From: Malacoraja senta
Lineage: Eukaryota
Direction of reading: 5' to 3'
Assembly (NCBI GenBank): GCA_038087875.1
Contig: CM075985.1
Span: 186,001 to 250,000 of the forward strand
Length of the DNA: 64,000 nucleotides
The number at the start of each line of letters is the position of its first letter. Within the stretch, counting starts at the first letter, position 1. The notes below the pieces were generated by a model. The model was not told the origin of the DNA. It did no database searches and was given only the letters and a program-made list of their open reading frames with translations. Below are positions 35,974 through 50,903 of this stretch, one piece after another. The translations under genes were made by a program, and so were the position numbers.

Positions 35974-38900
35974 TTACCTTATTACAGACACTAAGATTAT
36001 TGTCAGATAATTTAAAATCAGGAAATGTTAGACATTTATCCTCTTTGGTTCTACAGATCATAACAGCATTCTTACTAGCATTATATTTAATGTCATGTTC
36101 CACACCATACACAGAACATATAGTATGGAGCTGCTGGAGACCAGCGCTACATGGACTAAAGATCACAAGATCATCTGCATACATAATATGGTTCAGTAAA
36201 ATATTACCAATCACGCACCCAGTGTTACAGGCCTTCAATTGTTTAGACAGATCATCAATATATAGATTAAAAAGGTCTGGGGACAAAATTCCCCCTTGTC
36301 TAACACCATTGGTATCCCCAAATGGATAAGTCCCATTAGGGTGTTTTTACCCTTACACTTCCTTAGTTCTATCCATACTGACTCCACATCTCCTGTTTCA
36401 ATGTCACCCCTTGCAAGGGACTGAACTTCATTCCTCACCAACAGAGCTACCCCAGCCCCTCTGCCCACCTGTCTGTCTATTCTATAGGAGATATATCCTT
36501 GAATATTCAGTTCCCATCACCAGCCCTCTTGCAGCCATGTCTCTGTAATTCCTACAACAAGCCGTGCGCATGAGTTTAGTTTTACATTTAGAGATGCAGA
36601 GTGGAAACAGGCCCTTCAGCGCACCAAGTCTGCGAAGGATATTTAAAATAAAAGGGCTGTTTAAAGTTCACCAGCTGAAACTTTTGATAAAAATCGAATT
36701 GGAAGGAAATGTGAAGAATCATAATGAAAATGTTCCCAAGAGCTGGCATCATTCCGGGGGAGCACATGGTAATTCTGATAACCAATTCGACAGAGATATT
36801 TGGGTCTCCAATTCATGGTTCAAAGATGCAAAAAGTTGGGTCTTCAAGTGAAGCTTTGACTAAGTCAAACCCTATTTTAAAAGAATTTTAAATTAAAAGG
36901 AGTCTGCAGATGCTGTAAACGAGTTCACGTGGAAGAATAAGCAACGGTTAAACAAGCCAATTTATTTCATTTGAAGTGAAAATGCAATTTGTCTAATTTA
37001 AACATGTTTGCCTGACCCATGGATATTTGCCCAGCCTCAAAGATTCACGTTTTCTCACCCCATCAACAAAAAAAGCATGATTAGATCAAAACGGAATAGA
37101 TTATTCTACAGAGGCATCGTTTAAGACTCGGCTGAATCCAACATTCCTAAAGCACTATCATAATTAACTTGTTTAAGAAAGAACTGCACATGCTGGAAAA
37201 ATCGAAGGTTGACAAAAATGCTGGAGAAACTCAGCGGATGAGGCAGCATGCATCTAGACGCCGCCTCACCTGCTGAGTTTCTCCAGCATTTTTGTCTACC
37301 ATAATTAACTCACTCCCTTCTCCCAGGAGATGGGTATATGGAACAAGCTGCCAGAGGAGGTAGTGGAGGCTGGTACAATGGCATTTAGAAGATATTTGGA
37401 CAGGACTATTTGGATTAATTGTGTTTCTCTAATATACACTGAACTTTTTTTGCTGTTTAATAAGGGTTTTACAGTGCAATATGTTACACTACTGTTGTGC
37501 TGCTACGTAACCCACTCCATGACACACTGAGGAACACCTTCAGCAACAGACTAGTTCCACCAAGATGCAGCATAGAACGCCACAGGAGATCCTGCTCCCC
37601 TATGGCTATCAAACTGTACAACTCCACCCCCTTCTGTCATGGGGTAGACTGACTAACCCCCTACCCCTCCCCAATCTTTGCACATCCGCAATCCTTTCCA
37701 CTCATCACTTTAATTTCATGTTTCATGTTTAGTTTAGTTTAGTTTAGTTTAGAGATACAGCGCAGAAACAGGCCCTTCGGCCCACCGGGTCCGTGGCAAT
37801 CAGCGATCCCCGCACATTAACACTAACCAGCGATCATCCTGTACACTAGCACTACTCCACACACTAGGGACATTTACAATGTTACCAAAGCCAATTAACC
37901 TACAATCCTGTACATCTTTGGTGTGTGGGACAAAACCGAAGATCTCAGAGAAAACCCACGCAGGTCACGGGGAGAACGTACAAACTCCGTATAGACAGCA
38001 CCCGTAATCGGGATCGAACCTGGGTCTCCGGCGTGCATTTGCTGTAAGGCAGCAACACTACCGCTGCGCCACCATGACCGTCTTTATCTTGTATTGTATG
38101 ACTGTTGGCAGAACAATTTCCCTCCTTGGATAGATAAAGTTCTATCCTATCGTAAGTCAGCATTTAATAGTTCAGTTTGTGACATATGACAATAAAACAC
38201 TCTTGACAGATACATGGATAGGATAGGAATGGAGAGATATGGAACAAATGCAGGCAGGAGGAACTAGTGTAGATGGGGCATCTTGGTCAATGTGGGCAAG
38301 ACAAAATGTGCAGGAACAGCAGATGCAGGTTTACACTGAAGATAGACACAAAATGCTGGAGTAACTCAGCAGGACAGGCAGATTACAACTCAGCGATATG
38401 AATATTGATTTCTCCAACTTCAAGTAACCCTTGCCTTCCCTCTCTCTCCACCCATCCCCAACCCTAGTTAGAAACATAGAAAATAGGTGCAGGAGTAGGC
38501 CATTCGGCCTTTCGAGCCTGTACGGCCATTTGATATGATCATGGCTGATCATCCAACTCAGTATCCCATCCCTGCCTTCTCTCCATACCCCCTGATACCT
38601 TTAACCACAAGGGCCACATCTAACTCCCTCTTAAATATAGCCAATGAACTGGCCTCAACTACCTTCTGTGGCAGAGAATTCCACAGATTCACCACTCTCT
38701 GTGTAAAAAATGATTTTCTCATCTCGGTCCTAAAAAACCTCCCTCTTATCCTTAAACTGTGACCCCCTAGTTCTGTACTTCCCCAATATCGGGAATAATC
38801 TTCCTGCATCTAGCCTGTCCAACCCCTTAAGAATTTTGTAAGTTTCTATAAGATCCCACCTTAATCTTCTGAATGCTAGCGTGTATAAGCCGAGTCTATC

Positions 38901-39241
38901 CAGTCTTTCTTCATATGAAAGTCCTGCCATCCCAGGAATCAGTCTGCTGAACCTTCTCTGTACACCCTCTATGGCAAGAATGTATTTCCTCAGATTAGGA
39001 GACCAAAACTGTATGCAATACTCCAGGTGTGGTCTCACCAAGACCCTGTACAACTGCAATAGAACCTCCCAGCTCTTATACTCAAATCATTTTGCTATGA
39101 ATGCTAACATACCATTTGCTTTCTTCACTGCCTGCTGCACCTGCATTCCTACTTTCAATGACTGGTGTGCCATGACACCCAGGTCTCGTTGCATCTCCCC
39201 TTTTCCTAATCAGCCACCATTCTCCAACTAGCTTCATTGTC

Positions 39242-39528
39242 CTGTGAAACGTCACCTATCCATGTTCTACACAGATGCTGCCTGACCCGCTGAGTTACTC
39301 CAGCAATCAGTGAAACGTCATCTATCCATGTTCTCCACAGATGCTGCTTGACACGTTGAGTTACTCCAGCAATCTGTGAAACGTCATCTATCCATGTTCT
39401 TCACAGATGCTGCCTGACACGCTGAGTTACTCCAGTTCTCTGTGAAACGTCACCTACCCATGTTCTCCACAGATGCTGCCTGACCCGCTGAGTTACTCCA
39501 GCACTCCGTGAAATGTCATCTATCCATG
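39242..39528 (+). repeat. 66 bp tandem repeat, 4 units plus a partial
   Basis: Unit starts at 39242, 39308, 39374, 39440 and 39506. Confidence 0.92.
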
Positions 39529-42500
39529 TTATAACCATATAACCATATAACAATTACAGCACGGAAACACGCCATCTCGGCCCTTCTAGTCCGTGCCGAA
39601 CACTTATTTTCCCCTAGTCCCATCTACCTGCACTCAGACCATGACCCTCCATTCCTTTCCCATCCATATACCTATCCAATTTATTTTTAAGTGATAAAAT
39701 CGAACCTGCCTCCACCACTTCCACTGGAAGCGCATTCCGCACAACTACCACTCTCTGAGTAAAGGAGTTCCCCCTCATGTTACCCCTAATCTTCTGTTCC
39801 TTAATTCTCAAGTCATGTCCTCTTGTTTGAATCTTCCCTACTCTCAATGGGAAAAGCTTATCCACGTCAACTCTGTCTATCCCTCTCATCATTTAAAGAC
39901 CTCTATCAAGTCCCCCTTGACGTTCTGCGTTCCAAAGAATAAAGACCTAACTTGTTCGACCTTTCTCTGTAACTTAGTTGTTGAAACTCAGGCAACATTC
40001 TAGTAAACCTCCTCTGTACTCCCTCTATTTTGTTGACATCTTCCCTATAATTAGCCGACCAAAATTGTACACCATACTCCAGAATTGGCCTCACCAATGC
40101 CTTGTACAATTTTAACATTACATTCCAGCTTCTATACTCAATGCTCTGATTTATGAAGGCCAGCACACCAAAAGCTTTCTTTCCCACCCTATTTACATGA
40201 GATTCCACCTTCAGGGAACTATGCACAGTTATTCCTAGATCCCTCTGTTCAACTGCATTGCTCAATTCGCTACCATTTACCATGTACGTCCTATTTTGAT
40301 TTGTCCTGCCAAGATGTAGCACCTCACACTTATCTGCATTAAACTCCATCTGCTATCTTTCAGCCGACTCTTCCAAATGGCCTAAATATCTCTGTAGACT
40401 TTGAAAATCGACTTCATTATCCGCAACACCACCTATCTTAGTATCATCTGCATACTTACTAATCCAATTTACCACACCACCATCCAGATCATTAATGTAC
40501 ATGACAAACAACAGTGGCCCCAACACAGATCCCTGAGGCACCCCACTAGTCACCGGCCTCCAACCTGACAAACAGCCATCCACCATTACTCTCTGGCATC
40601 TCCCATTCAGCCACTGTTGAATCCATCTTGCTACTCCACCATTAATACCCAACCATTGAACTTTCTTAACCAACCCTCCATGAGGAACCTTGTCAAAGGC
40701 CTTACTGAAGTCCATATAGACAACATCCACTGCTTTACCCTCATCAATTTCCCCAGTAACCTTTTCAAAAAATTCAAGATTAGTCAAACATGACCTTCCA
40801 GGCACAAATCCATGTTGACTGTTCCTAATCAGATCCTGTTGATCCAGATGCTTATATATATATTATCTCTAAGTATCCTTTCCATTAATTTGCCCACCAC
40901 TGACGTCAAACTAACAGGTCTATAATTGCTAGGTTTACTCTTAGAACCCTTTTAATACAATGGAACAACATGCGCAGTACGCCATCCTCCGGCACTATTC
41001 CCGTTTCTAATGGCATTTGAAATATTTCTGTCATAGCCCCTGCTATTTCTACACTAACTTCCCTCAAGACTTATCCACTTTTATATATTTTTTAAAGTGT
41101 CAGTACTTCCTCTTCTTTTAATCTCATAGTTTCCATAGCTTTTCTACTTGTTTCCCTTACCTCACATAATTCAATATCCTTCTCCAGAGATGTTCTCCAG
41201 AGATGCTCCCTAACATTTGTCGTTTCAGGTCAGGACCCTTCCGGTTTGAGTGGGCCAGTGGAGTAGAGAAGCCAAGGCATTTGTTGCACCAACAGTGGAT
41301 ATAAAAAGGTCCAGAGAGGGTAGAAGGGTGGGTAGGGGGAGAGGCGGGGGGGGGGGGGGGGATGTTGAAGACTGGAGACAGGATTGTCACTGGATGGATA
41401 GGATTCTCTCCCATAAAGAAAAGCTCAGAGGTGGCAGTGGAGCCCAACGTCCCTATGTTCCCAATGTAGGGAGTCCAGAACCAGGGGGGTCACAGTTTAA
41501 GAATAAGACTCGCTGAGTCACTCCACCTTTTATCTTGGTCTATTAATGGATTCAAATCTACCTTAGATCTCCTTTTATCATCCTGCTTGGCACTCTCCAC
41601 CGGCATTTTTGATACAGGTTCCTTTGTTTCTAAATACATAGAGTGAATTTTAAAGCTCTGATCTGTTCAATATCTCGCAAACTGTGAACCCACTTCAAGT
41701 TGATGGATGGAATGGAGCCCGTCCGTCTCTCATGGTTACGGATGCAGTTCATTGTGATGTCGCCGGCCAGGCACATTATGAGGTCACCTCTGATTATGAT
41801 GGTTTACAAACTTGCGATCTTATGAATGGAAGGCCGGCCCAGAAGGGAATAAACGACTTCACCATATGACCACAGGTCACAGTGGTTATAACCAACTGGA
41901 CTCAAGTGTTAGATACAAGGAACTCAGTTCAATTGAGTTTATTGTCACGTGTACGGAGAAATGCTTTTTGTCGCATGTTAAAAACAGTTAGCAGAAAGAC
42001 ATTGCATGATTACAATCGAGCCATTTGCAATGTATAGATACATGGTAAAGGAATAACGTTTAGTGCAAGGTAAAGCCAGCAAGGATAGTCCGAGGGTCAC
42101 CAATGAGGTAGATAGTAGTTCAGAACTGCTCTCTGGTTGTGGTAGGATGATTTAGTTGCCTGGTAACAGCTGGGAAGAAACTGTCCCTGAATCTGGAGGT
42201 GTGCGTTTTCACACTCCTGTACCTTTCCTAATTTGCAGAAGGACATTCTTACTATTGAGGGAGTGCAGCGTAAGTTCACCAGGTCAATATCCGGGGTGGC
42301 GAGACTTACGTATGATGAAAGAATGGGTAGACTGGGCTTGAATTCGCTGGAAATGAGAAGGATGAGAGGGTATCTTATGAAAACATATAACATTCTTAAA
42401 GGAGTTAAGGCTAGATGCAGGAACAATGTTCCCGATGTTCGGGGAGTCCAGAACCAGGGGTCACAGTTTAAGAATAACGGGTTAGGCCATTTAGGACTCA

Positions 42501-44159
42501 GAAGAGGGAAAACATTTTCACGCAGAAAATCTGTAGAATTCTCTGCCACAGAAGGCAGTGGAGGTCAATTCACTGGATGTTTTCAAGTGAGTGTTGGATG
42601 TGGCTCTTTGGGCTAAGAGAATCAAGGGATATGGGGAGATAGCAGGAATGGGGTATTGATTTTGGATGATCAGCCAAAATCATATTGTAAGGCGGTGCTG
42701 GCTCGAAGGGCCGAATGGCCTACTCCTGCACCTATTTTCTATGTTTCTACGTCATGGTGAGTCCAGCACTCGTTGACGTCTGGTCCTGAAGACGGGTCCT
42801 GAACCAAAACGTCACCCACTCATGTTCTCCAGAGATGCTGCTCAACCCGCTGAGTTACTCCAGCACAAACAATATTAAATCTCAAGTGTTTTCATTTCGA
42901 GATACAGTGTGGCAACGGGCCCTTTGGCCCACTGAGTCCACGCCGACCAGCATTCACCTCTACACCCTCACTATCCTACACACTGGGGACTTTTTACCAA
43001 AGCCAATTAACCTACAAACCTGCACGTCTTTGGAGTGTGGGAGGAAACCGGAGCATCCGTAGAAAACCCACGCTGGTCACGAGGGGAACATACAAACTCT
43101 GTACAGACAGCACCTGGGTCTCCGGCGCAGTGAGGCAGCAACTCTACCGCTGAGCCACACTGCCATGTTGGGGAAAAATACTTAAAAAACAGCAGAATAT
43201 TTTTGCCATTTGCCAAATGAGAGTTGTCTATAGTCAAAGAGTGTGTAGTTTGTTCCTGGCACGAACATACTTCTGCTTTATCAGTTTCACGCTTAACTCT
43301 ATAAACCTAAAGACTCCATTGTTGGAATGCAATTCAATATTTGACAAATCTGAACACCTTAACAGACAGATATAAAGCACACAGAGGGATTACTGGAGTA
43401 CATTTTCCCTTTGTAGTCCCTGAGAAATCAGTGGCTGTGGCAGAGGGTTTTTCTGATGTTCTAAGCCATGCCAATCCAGATATGATTGAATGACGGAGAG
43501 GACTTGATGTACCAAATGGAGAAGGAACATCTCATTGGGTTTTAAAGTTTGCAGAGGGCTGACATACAACTTCCTTAGCATCAAGTGAATTGATCAGCAT
43601 GGTGGCGCAGCGATAGACTAAGAGTTGCTGCCTTACAGTGCCAGAGACCCGGGTTCGATCCTGTCTACGTGTGCGTGTAGTTTGTACGTTCTCCCTGTGA
43701 CCCACGTGGGATTCCTTCCGGTGCTCTGGTTTCCTCCCACATTCTAGAGATGTGCCGGTGTGTAGGTTAATTGACGTCTGTAAATTGCCCCCAGTGTGAA
43801 GGATATAGGACTAGTGTACAGGTGATCGTTGGTTGGCGTGGGCTCGGTGGGCGGAAGGGCCTGTTTTCATGCCATCTCTCTAAAACAAACAATTGCCGTT
43901 ACTTCGTTGGTCTCAGTTTAACATTGCTTGTGAAAGTCAGCAAAGTACAAGATTCTTTCTATAGCCCGCAGACCAGTGAGCCCATGTGTTCATATCTTTA
44001 ACCAGACAGTCAGAACTTTTTTAGTTTAGTTTAGAAATACAGCACAGAATCAGGCCCTTCAGCCCACCGCGTCCACGTCAACCAGCGATACCCGTGCATT
44101 AAACTACCCCACGCACACTAGGGACAATTTACATTTATACCAAATTAACCTACTCTCTA

Positions 44160-45830
44160 GACTGACATCTTCAACCTGTCACATGCCCAAGCAGTTGTCC
44201 CCACGTGCCTTAAAACCACCTCCCTCGTGCCGGTGCCAAAACACTCCACTGCGGCGAGCCTCAACGACTTCTGCCCAGATGCACTTACTCCCATCATCAC
44301 TAAGTGCTTCGAGAGGCTGGTCCAGGCACACCTCAAAGGCTGCCTACCTCCCACACTGGATCCCTATCAGTTCGCCTACCGCAAGAACAGGAGTACGGAG
44401 GATGCCATCTCAACGGCACTTCACTCCGCCCTCTCCCACCTCGACAACAGAGACACCTACGTGAGAATGCTGTTCATCTCAGCATTTAACATCATTATCC
44501 CCTCAAAACTGATGACCAAACTCAGCGACCTGGGCATCGACCCCTCTCTCTGCAACTGGATACTGGACTTTCTAACCAACAGACCGCAGTCTGTTAGGTC
44601 AGACAACCACACCTCTTCAACCCTCACCCTGAACACCGGCGTTCCACAGGGCTGTGTGCTGAGCCCCCTCCTCTACTATTGTATTGTATATCTTTATTGT
44701 CATTTCCTGAGTATTCACATACCCAGAGGAAACAAAAAAACGTTCCTCAACCAGTGTCCATTTCAGTGTGCAGTGAAAAATAAATAGAAGTAAAAATACA
44801 TATATCATGAACAAATTAACACTCTACTCTACTAAACATCAACAGGCGTTCTGATCGGCAGCGGCACGACAGTGGCTCTGCTGCAGTGTGTCCAGGTTCG
44901 TGGTTGGTGCACGATACTTTGGCAGGGGACAAAGTCCGTTTATCAGTCTTATAACCTGCGGGAAGAAGCTGAGGAGCATCCTGCTGGTTTTGCACCTAAT
45001 GCTCCGGTACCTCTTCCCAGATGGCAGGATGGAGAATATGTGATGCGATGGGTGGTAGGGGTCTTTGATGATGGAGATGGCTCTGCTGATACATCTCTTC
45101 CTGTATATGTCCAGCAGGAAAGGGAGTGGAGCACCAATAATCCTGCTGGCGGTCTTCACAATCCTGTCTAGTTGGTGCCGTTCGTACGCCTTGCAGCTCC
45201 CGAACCAGGAAGTGATGCCGGAGGTTAATGTGCTCTCGTTTGTCCTCCTATAAAAAGTTCGTAGGTGTGTAGTGGGGAGACCTGCTTTACGTAGTCTTCG
45301 GAGAGGGTGTAGTCGCTGCTGGGCTCTCTTGACCAGTGCTGTGGTGTTGGTCGTGGACGTCAGGTCATCTGACAGGTGGAGTCCTAGAAACTTCACACTG
45401 TTGACCCTTTCCACATCAGCTCCATCGATGTGCAGAGGTGTATGGTGTTGTTTTCCCGCCCTCCTGAAGTCAACCACCATCTCCTTAGTTTTTCCCACGT
45501 TGAGAATGAGGTTGTGGGATTTGCACCATCCTACTCCCTCTTCACTTACGACTGCACACCTGTACATGGTACTAACACCATCATCAAGTATGCAGATGAT
45601 ACAACAGTGATTGCCTCATCAGCAACAACGATGAGTCGGCCTATAGGGAGGAGGTCCAGCTCCTAGCAGCATGGTGCGCTGACAACAACCTGGCCTGTAA
45701 CTACAAGAAGACCAAGGAGCTCATTGTGGACTACAGAAGGTCTAGGGGCGGCACGCACACCCCCATCCACATTAACGGGACGGAGGTGGAACGTGTTTCC
45801 AGCTTCAGGTTTCTGGGGGTCAACATCTCT
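44160..45830 (+). mobile_element. Rex1/Babar fragment (copy 2 of 12485-13740), interrupted and partly deleted
   Basis: ORF 44227-44787 is near-identical to 12552 onward until the insert, and resumes at 45531. Confidence 0.85.
44678..45530 (-). mobile_element. 5'-truncated Rex1/Babar-type LINE nested in a Rex1 copy, TSD CTACT
   Basis: WCKSHNLILNVGKTKEMVVDFRR...VKFLGLHL; (ATTGT)n tail; CTACT at 44673-44677 and 45531-45535; absent from copy 1. Confidence 0.85.
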
Positions 45831-47796
45831 GTTGTTCCATTATTCTATGTTCACTCTTCTGGGTGAGATGCTAACTGCATTTCGCTGTCTCTGTACTCTA
45901 CACTGCACAATGACAATAAAGATTGATTCTGAATCTGAAACCTACATGTCTTTGGATTGTGGGAGAAAACTGAAGATCTCGGAAAAAAAACTCACGCAGG
46001 TCAAGGGGAAAATGTACAAATCTGTACTGACAGCACCCGTAGTCAGGATCGAACCCGGGTCTCTGGCACTGCAAGCAGTGTAAGCAAAGAACTCTACCGC
46101 TGCGCCACCGTGCCCGCCCCTTTTCTCCAGGACAGAGATGGAATACTAGAGGTCATAGCTTTAACGAGAGTGGGGCAAAGTTTAAAGATGTGTGGAGCAA
46201 GTTATAAGAGGTTAGAGTGCATCTTGAGTGTGTTGCCAGGGGTGGTGGAGGCAGATACAACAGTGGCATTTAACAGGTTTTTGGATAGGCAGGGAATGGA
46301 GGGATAATGATAATGTGCAGACAGATAAGAGTTGGCAGTGGTGTCACGTTTAGCACAGGCATTGTAGGCCGAAGGGGCGGTTCCTGTGTTGTACTGTTCT
46401 ATGTTTTAAACCTCAGGTTATCAATCTTTATGTTTGGTGGGGAAGGGAATGAGATGAGTTAAGACAAGCTGATTTAAACTTTAGCGATATAGAGTGGAAA
46501 CTGGCCTTTCGGCCCACCAAGACCACCCCGACCAGCGATCACCCCGTACGCTAGCACTACCCTATGCACTAGGGACAATTTACAAATTTTCCAAAGCCAA
46601 TTAACCTTGAAAACCTGCAGGTCTGTGGCATGTGGGAGGAAACCGGAGCACCTGGAGAAAACCCACGCCGTCACAGGAAGAAAGTACAGGCAGCATCCCC
46701 GGTCAGGATTGACCCAGGGTCTCTGGCGCTGTAAGGCAGCAACTCCATCGCTGCGTCACCGTGCCGCCCAAATAGTTGCACATCAGATTAGACAAGTTAG
46801 GAAGAAGAACGTGTCCAACATTGTAGATTCAATTGCGGAGTTCAATTACTTCAGGCATATATAAATGCTAGGCGCCGCTGTTATAACCATATAACCATAT
46901 AACAATTACAACAATTTTGGCTGTTGAGTAGAGCAACTACTCGTGAATAAAAAACTGCTGTGACAGTCCGGAGTCGCCTTCCAGAGGGTAGTGATTTAAA
47001 TAGTTTGTGGCCAGGGTGAGAGGGGTCAGAGATGATCTTACCCGCTCGCTTCCTGGCCCTTGCAGTGTACAGTTCATCAATGGAGGGAAGGTTGCAGCCA
47101 ATAACCTTCTCTGCTGATCGGACGATTCGCTGCAGCCTCCAGGTGTCGTGCTTGGTGACTGAGCCAAACCAGACCATGATGGGGATGGTGAGAACAGACT
47201 CTACGATGGTCGTGTAGAATTGGACCATCATTGCCTGTGGCAGATTGTGTTTCCTCAGCTGCCGCAGGAAGTACATCATCTGTTGTGCCTGTTTGACTGT
47301 GGAGTGCATGGTAGCCCCCCACTTATGGTCCTTTATTTATTTATTTATTTATTTATTTATTTTATTTATTTATTTTATTCCGAACAAGTAAAGACATTAA
47401 AGACATTGATATTAACAAAATCGAAATTATCAAACAATTGAACATTGCAATCAACATTTACAATTGAGAAGAACAAAATCAAGGTTCCAATGTCCAACTC
47501 AGAGTCTGTACAAGCTCGAAAAGGAGTGAGAAGAAGAATAACTTATTAAATCTCACCCCTTTTCCCCAACACTTCTATCGTATTTAAAAATCAATTCCTT
47601 ACTAATAATAGTACTGCCCTAGGCAATTTCCCATAATACATACAGACACTTATATACATTCAACTATTATGTACATACAATCTTCATATTTGAAGTACCC
47701 AACATCAGTGAACAATAGTAAACAAGATAAACATCAACAATATTAACAAGATAAACATCAACGATTGTAAACAAGATAAACATCAACCCCCACTTG

Positions 47797-50700
47797 TCAA
47801 CCATCCCCTCCATCCCTGTACCCCTTGAGCATTATTTTTTTATATATCATTTTAAAATGATTCATGTTTGTGCATTGCTTCAATTCCCCGTTCAATTTAT
47901 TCCACACTCCTACTCCACAAACCGAAATACAAAAGGATTTTCTAGTCGTACGGACTTGTTGTTTCTTAAAGTTAAATATTCCTCTTAAATTGTAACCCCC
48001 CACACGCTCGTTAAATAATTTTTGAATGTTTCCAGGTAAATTTTTATTTTTGGCCCTAAACATTATCTGAGCTGTTTTGAATGTGACCAAATCTTCCAAT
48101 TTTAATAATTTTGACTCTAAAAATAATGGATTCGTATGACCCAGATACCCAGCATTATGGATAATACGAACCGCTCTTTTTTGCATCATTGTTAATGAGT
48201 GTATCGAATTTCCATAATTATTTCCCCAGACTTCTGTACAATAATCCAAGTAGGGCAAAATTAATGCACAACAAAGAACACGGAGTGATCTGCAATCCAG
48301 AGCCCGCCTGGCTTTGCATAACACAGAGACACTCCCTGACAATTTTAACCCCACATGTTCAATATGTGATTTCCAGCCTATTCCACCGTCAATCACAACC
48401 CCAAGAAATTTACCCTCATGCACTCTTTCAACTTCCACCCCATCCATCTTTACACTTACCAGGGGACTTATTCTACAATTACCAAATAACATTATTTTAG
48501 TTTTACTCAGATTTAATGAAACTTTATTACTATCAAACCATATTTTCAATTTACCCATTTCTTTTATTATTTTATCCAATAGCCTTTTTAAATTTTCCCC
48601 AGAGCAAAAAATATTTGTATCATCTGCAAACAAAACCAGCCTCAAGACATTGGACACATTACAAATATCATTTATGTACATGATAAATAATTTTGGGCCC
48701 AGCACTGACCCCTGTGGTACACCACACACAATGTCCAAACATGTAGAACCATGACTACCCAGATCTACAAACTGTTGCCTGTTACTTAAGTAGCTTTTAA
48801 TCCAGTCCAGTACTATTCCTCTAATTCCATACCTCTCCAACCTTTTTAATAAAATATCATGATTAATTGTATCAAATGCTTTTTTTATGTCAATGAATAT
48901 CCCAGCTGCATATAATTTCTTATCAATGGCGTTTGTGATGTCTTCAATTAATTCTAGTATTGCAAGTGATGTTGATCTATTTGTTCTGAATCCATATTGA
49001 CTTTCTGTTAATAATGTATTATTTTCTACAAATTTGTCTAGTCTATTATTAAACATTTTTTCTAATATTTTGGAAAATTGTGGGAGTAAGGAAACAGGTC
49101 TATAGTTTGTAAAATGATGCTTGTTCCCTGTTTTGTATATTGGTATTATTTTTGCTATTTTCATTTTAATTGGAAAAGTGCCGGTCTGGAAGGATAAATT
49201 ACAGATGAATGTTAAAGGTTTGGAGATCCCCTCAATGACCATCTTAACTAGCGACATGTCAATGTCATTGAAATCGGTAGACTTCTTATTTTTACATGTT
49301 TTGACAATATCCAGCAGTTCTTTCTCTTCTACTGCCGTAAGAAACATAGAGCAGGGATTTCTTTCCACTAATTTCTCAGGTGTTTCTCCAGATGTCCCTG
49401 AATCAGGGATTTGTTTAGCCAGGTCTGGTCCAATATTAACAAAAAAATTATTAAAGCTATTAGCTATATCTTCCATATTGTAAATTTCCTTATCCTTATC
49501 AATAAAATACTTCGGGTAATCTGTTCTCCCCGGACCACCTCGGACAATGCTATTAAGTATGCTCCATATTCCTTTCACATTGTCTTTATTGTCATCTAAT
49601 TTCTTCTTATAATAATCTTTCTTGCTTTCTCTTATAATGCAAGTTAATTTATTTTTATACTTTTTATATTTATTTTCTGTATCTTTAGTTCTCTCTCTTA
49701 TAAAATCTCTGTATAGGCCATTTTTTTTTTACAAGCATTTTGTAATCCCTTTGTAATCCATGGACATTTAGTATATTTTGATTTTCTATTATATTCTTTA
49801 ATTGGACAATTTTTATCATATAATAACTTAAACATATCAATAAATGTTTCATAAGCACTATCAATGTCTCTTTTTTGGTATATTATATCCCAGTTTTGTG
49901 CCAATAGATCCTTTTTTAGTGCATTGATAGCTTCCTCCGATCTCACTCTTCTATATTCTATTAATCCGCTTGGTTTGTTGTTCCTGTGGACACCATCATA
50001 AACTACAAAAACTGGCAGATGGTCACTTATATCATTAATTAATAATCCACTTACTATTTTATTTTCCAAATCATTGTTAAATATATTGTCAATGAGTGTA
50101 GCGCAATGGGAAGTAATTCTACTCGGTCTAGTGATTTTCGGAAATAGACTCATGCTGTACATAGTATTAATAAAATCTTCTGTAAGGTTGTGTTGATTAG
50201 GATTTAGTAGGTCAATATTGAAATCTCCACATAAAAACACTGATTTACTACCTGTTGTTGAAAACATACTCTCCATCCAGCCCCTGAAGATTTCAATACT
50301 TGACCCCGGTGCCCTATATATACAGCTAATGATTACATTTTTATTTCCACCATTACTTATTTCTATAGTTATACATTCATGCAGATTGTCAACCACAGTT
50401 GTCATATTATCTACTACCTTATAATTCAGAGTTGTATCCACATATAGTGCTACCCCTCCTCCCCCCTTATTTTTTCTATTGATGTAATTGAAGTCATATC
50501 CGTCCATCTCAAAATCAATTCCCTTTTCTTGATTAATCCATGTTTCAGATATTGCGATGACATTGAATGGTTGTGAAAATTTTTGTAAATACTCTTTAAT
50601 ACTATTGAAATTTGTATAGAGGCTCCTGCTATTAAAGTGGATAATAGATAATTTGCCTTTTGTATTAATATTCTGATTATACTGCTCCTCTGTGTAGTAG

Positions 50701-50903
50701 CAGCAGATATTTTTGTCGTTAGAATTAAAGTAAAAATTATTGTCCGGGTCTATATCGTATTCCAAATCCTGTAAATTGTGTTCTGTATATTCGAATGGTT
50801 GTAACTTCGGTTGTTCCTTTTCGCTTATTATTTTAGTTACTTGACTTCCATTTCCAGATGTTAATGGCTGAATTCCTTCAGTGTTTTCCCGTTTTATGAT
50901 CAT
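47797..50903 (-). CDS. LINE ORF2 (APE endonuclease plus RT), single -1 frameshift in a 10-A run at 49721-49730
   Basis: AISETW, GDFNID and ISDHLP (EN); NYRPVSLLPQFSKILEK, PQGSVLGP and FADD (RT). Adding one A joins the 401 aa and 593 aa ORFs. Confidence 0.88.

Noticed and set aside
7715-39528. 66 bp and 38 bp arrays as CRISPR-like arrays
   Set aside because: Head-to-tail tandem units without unique spacers, in a vertebrate context.
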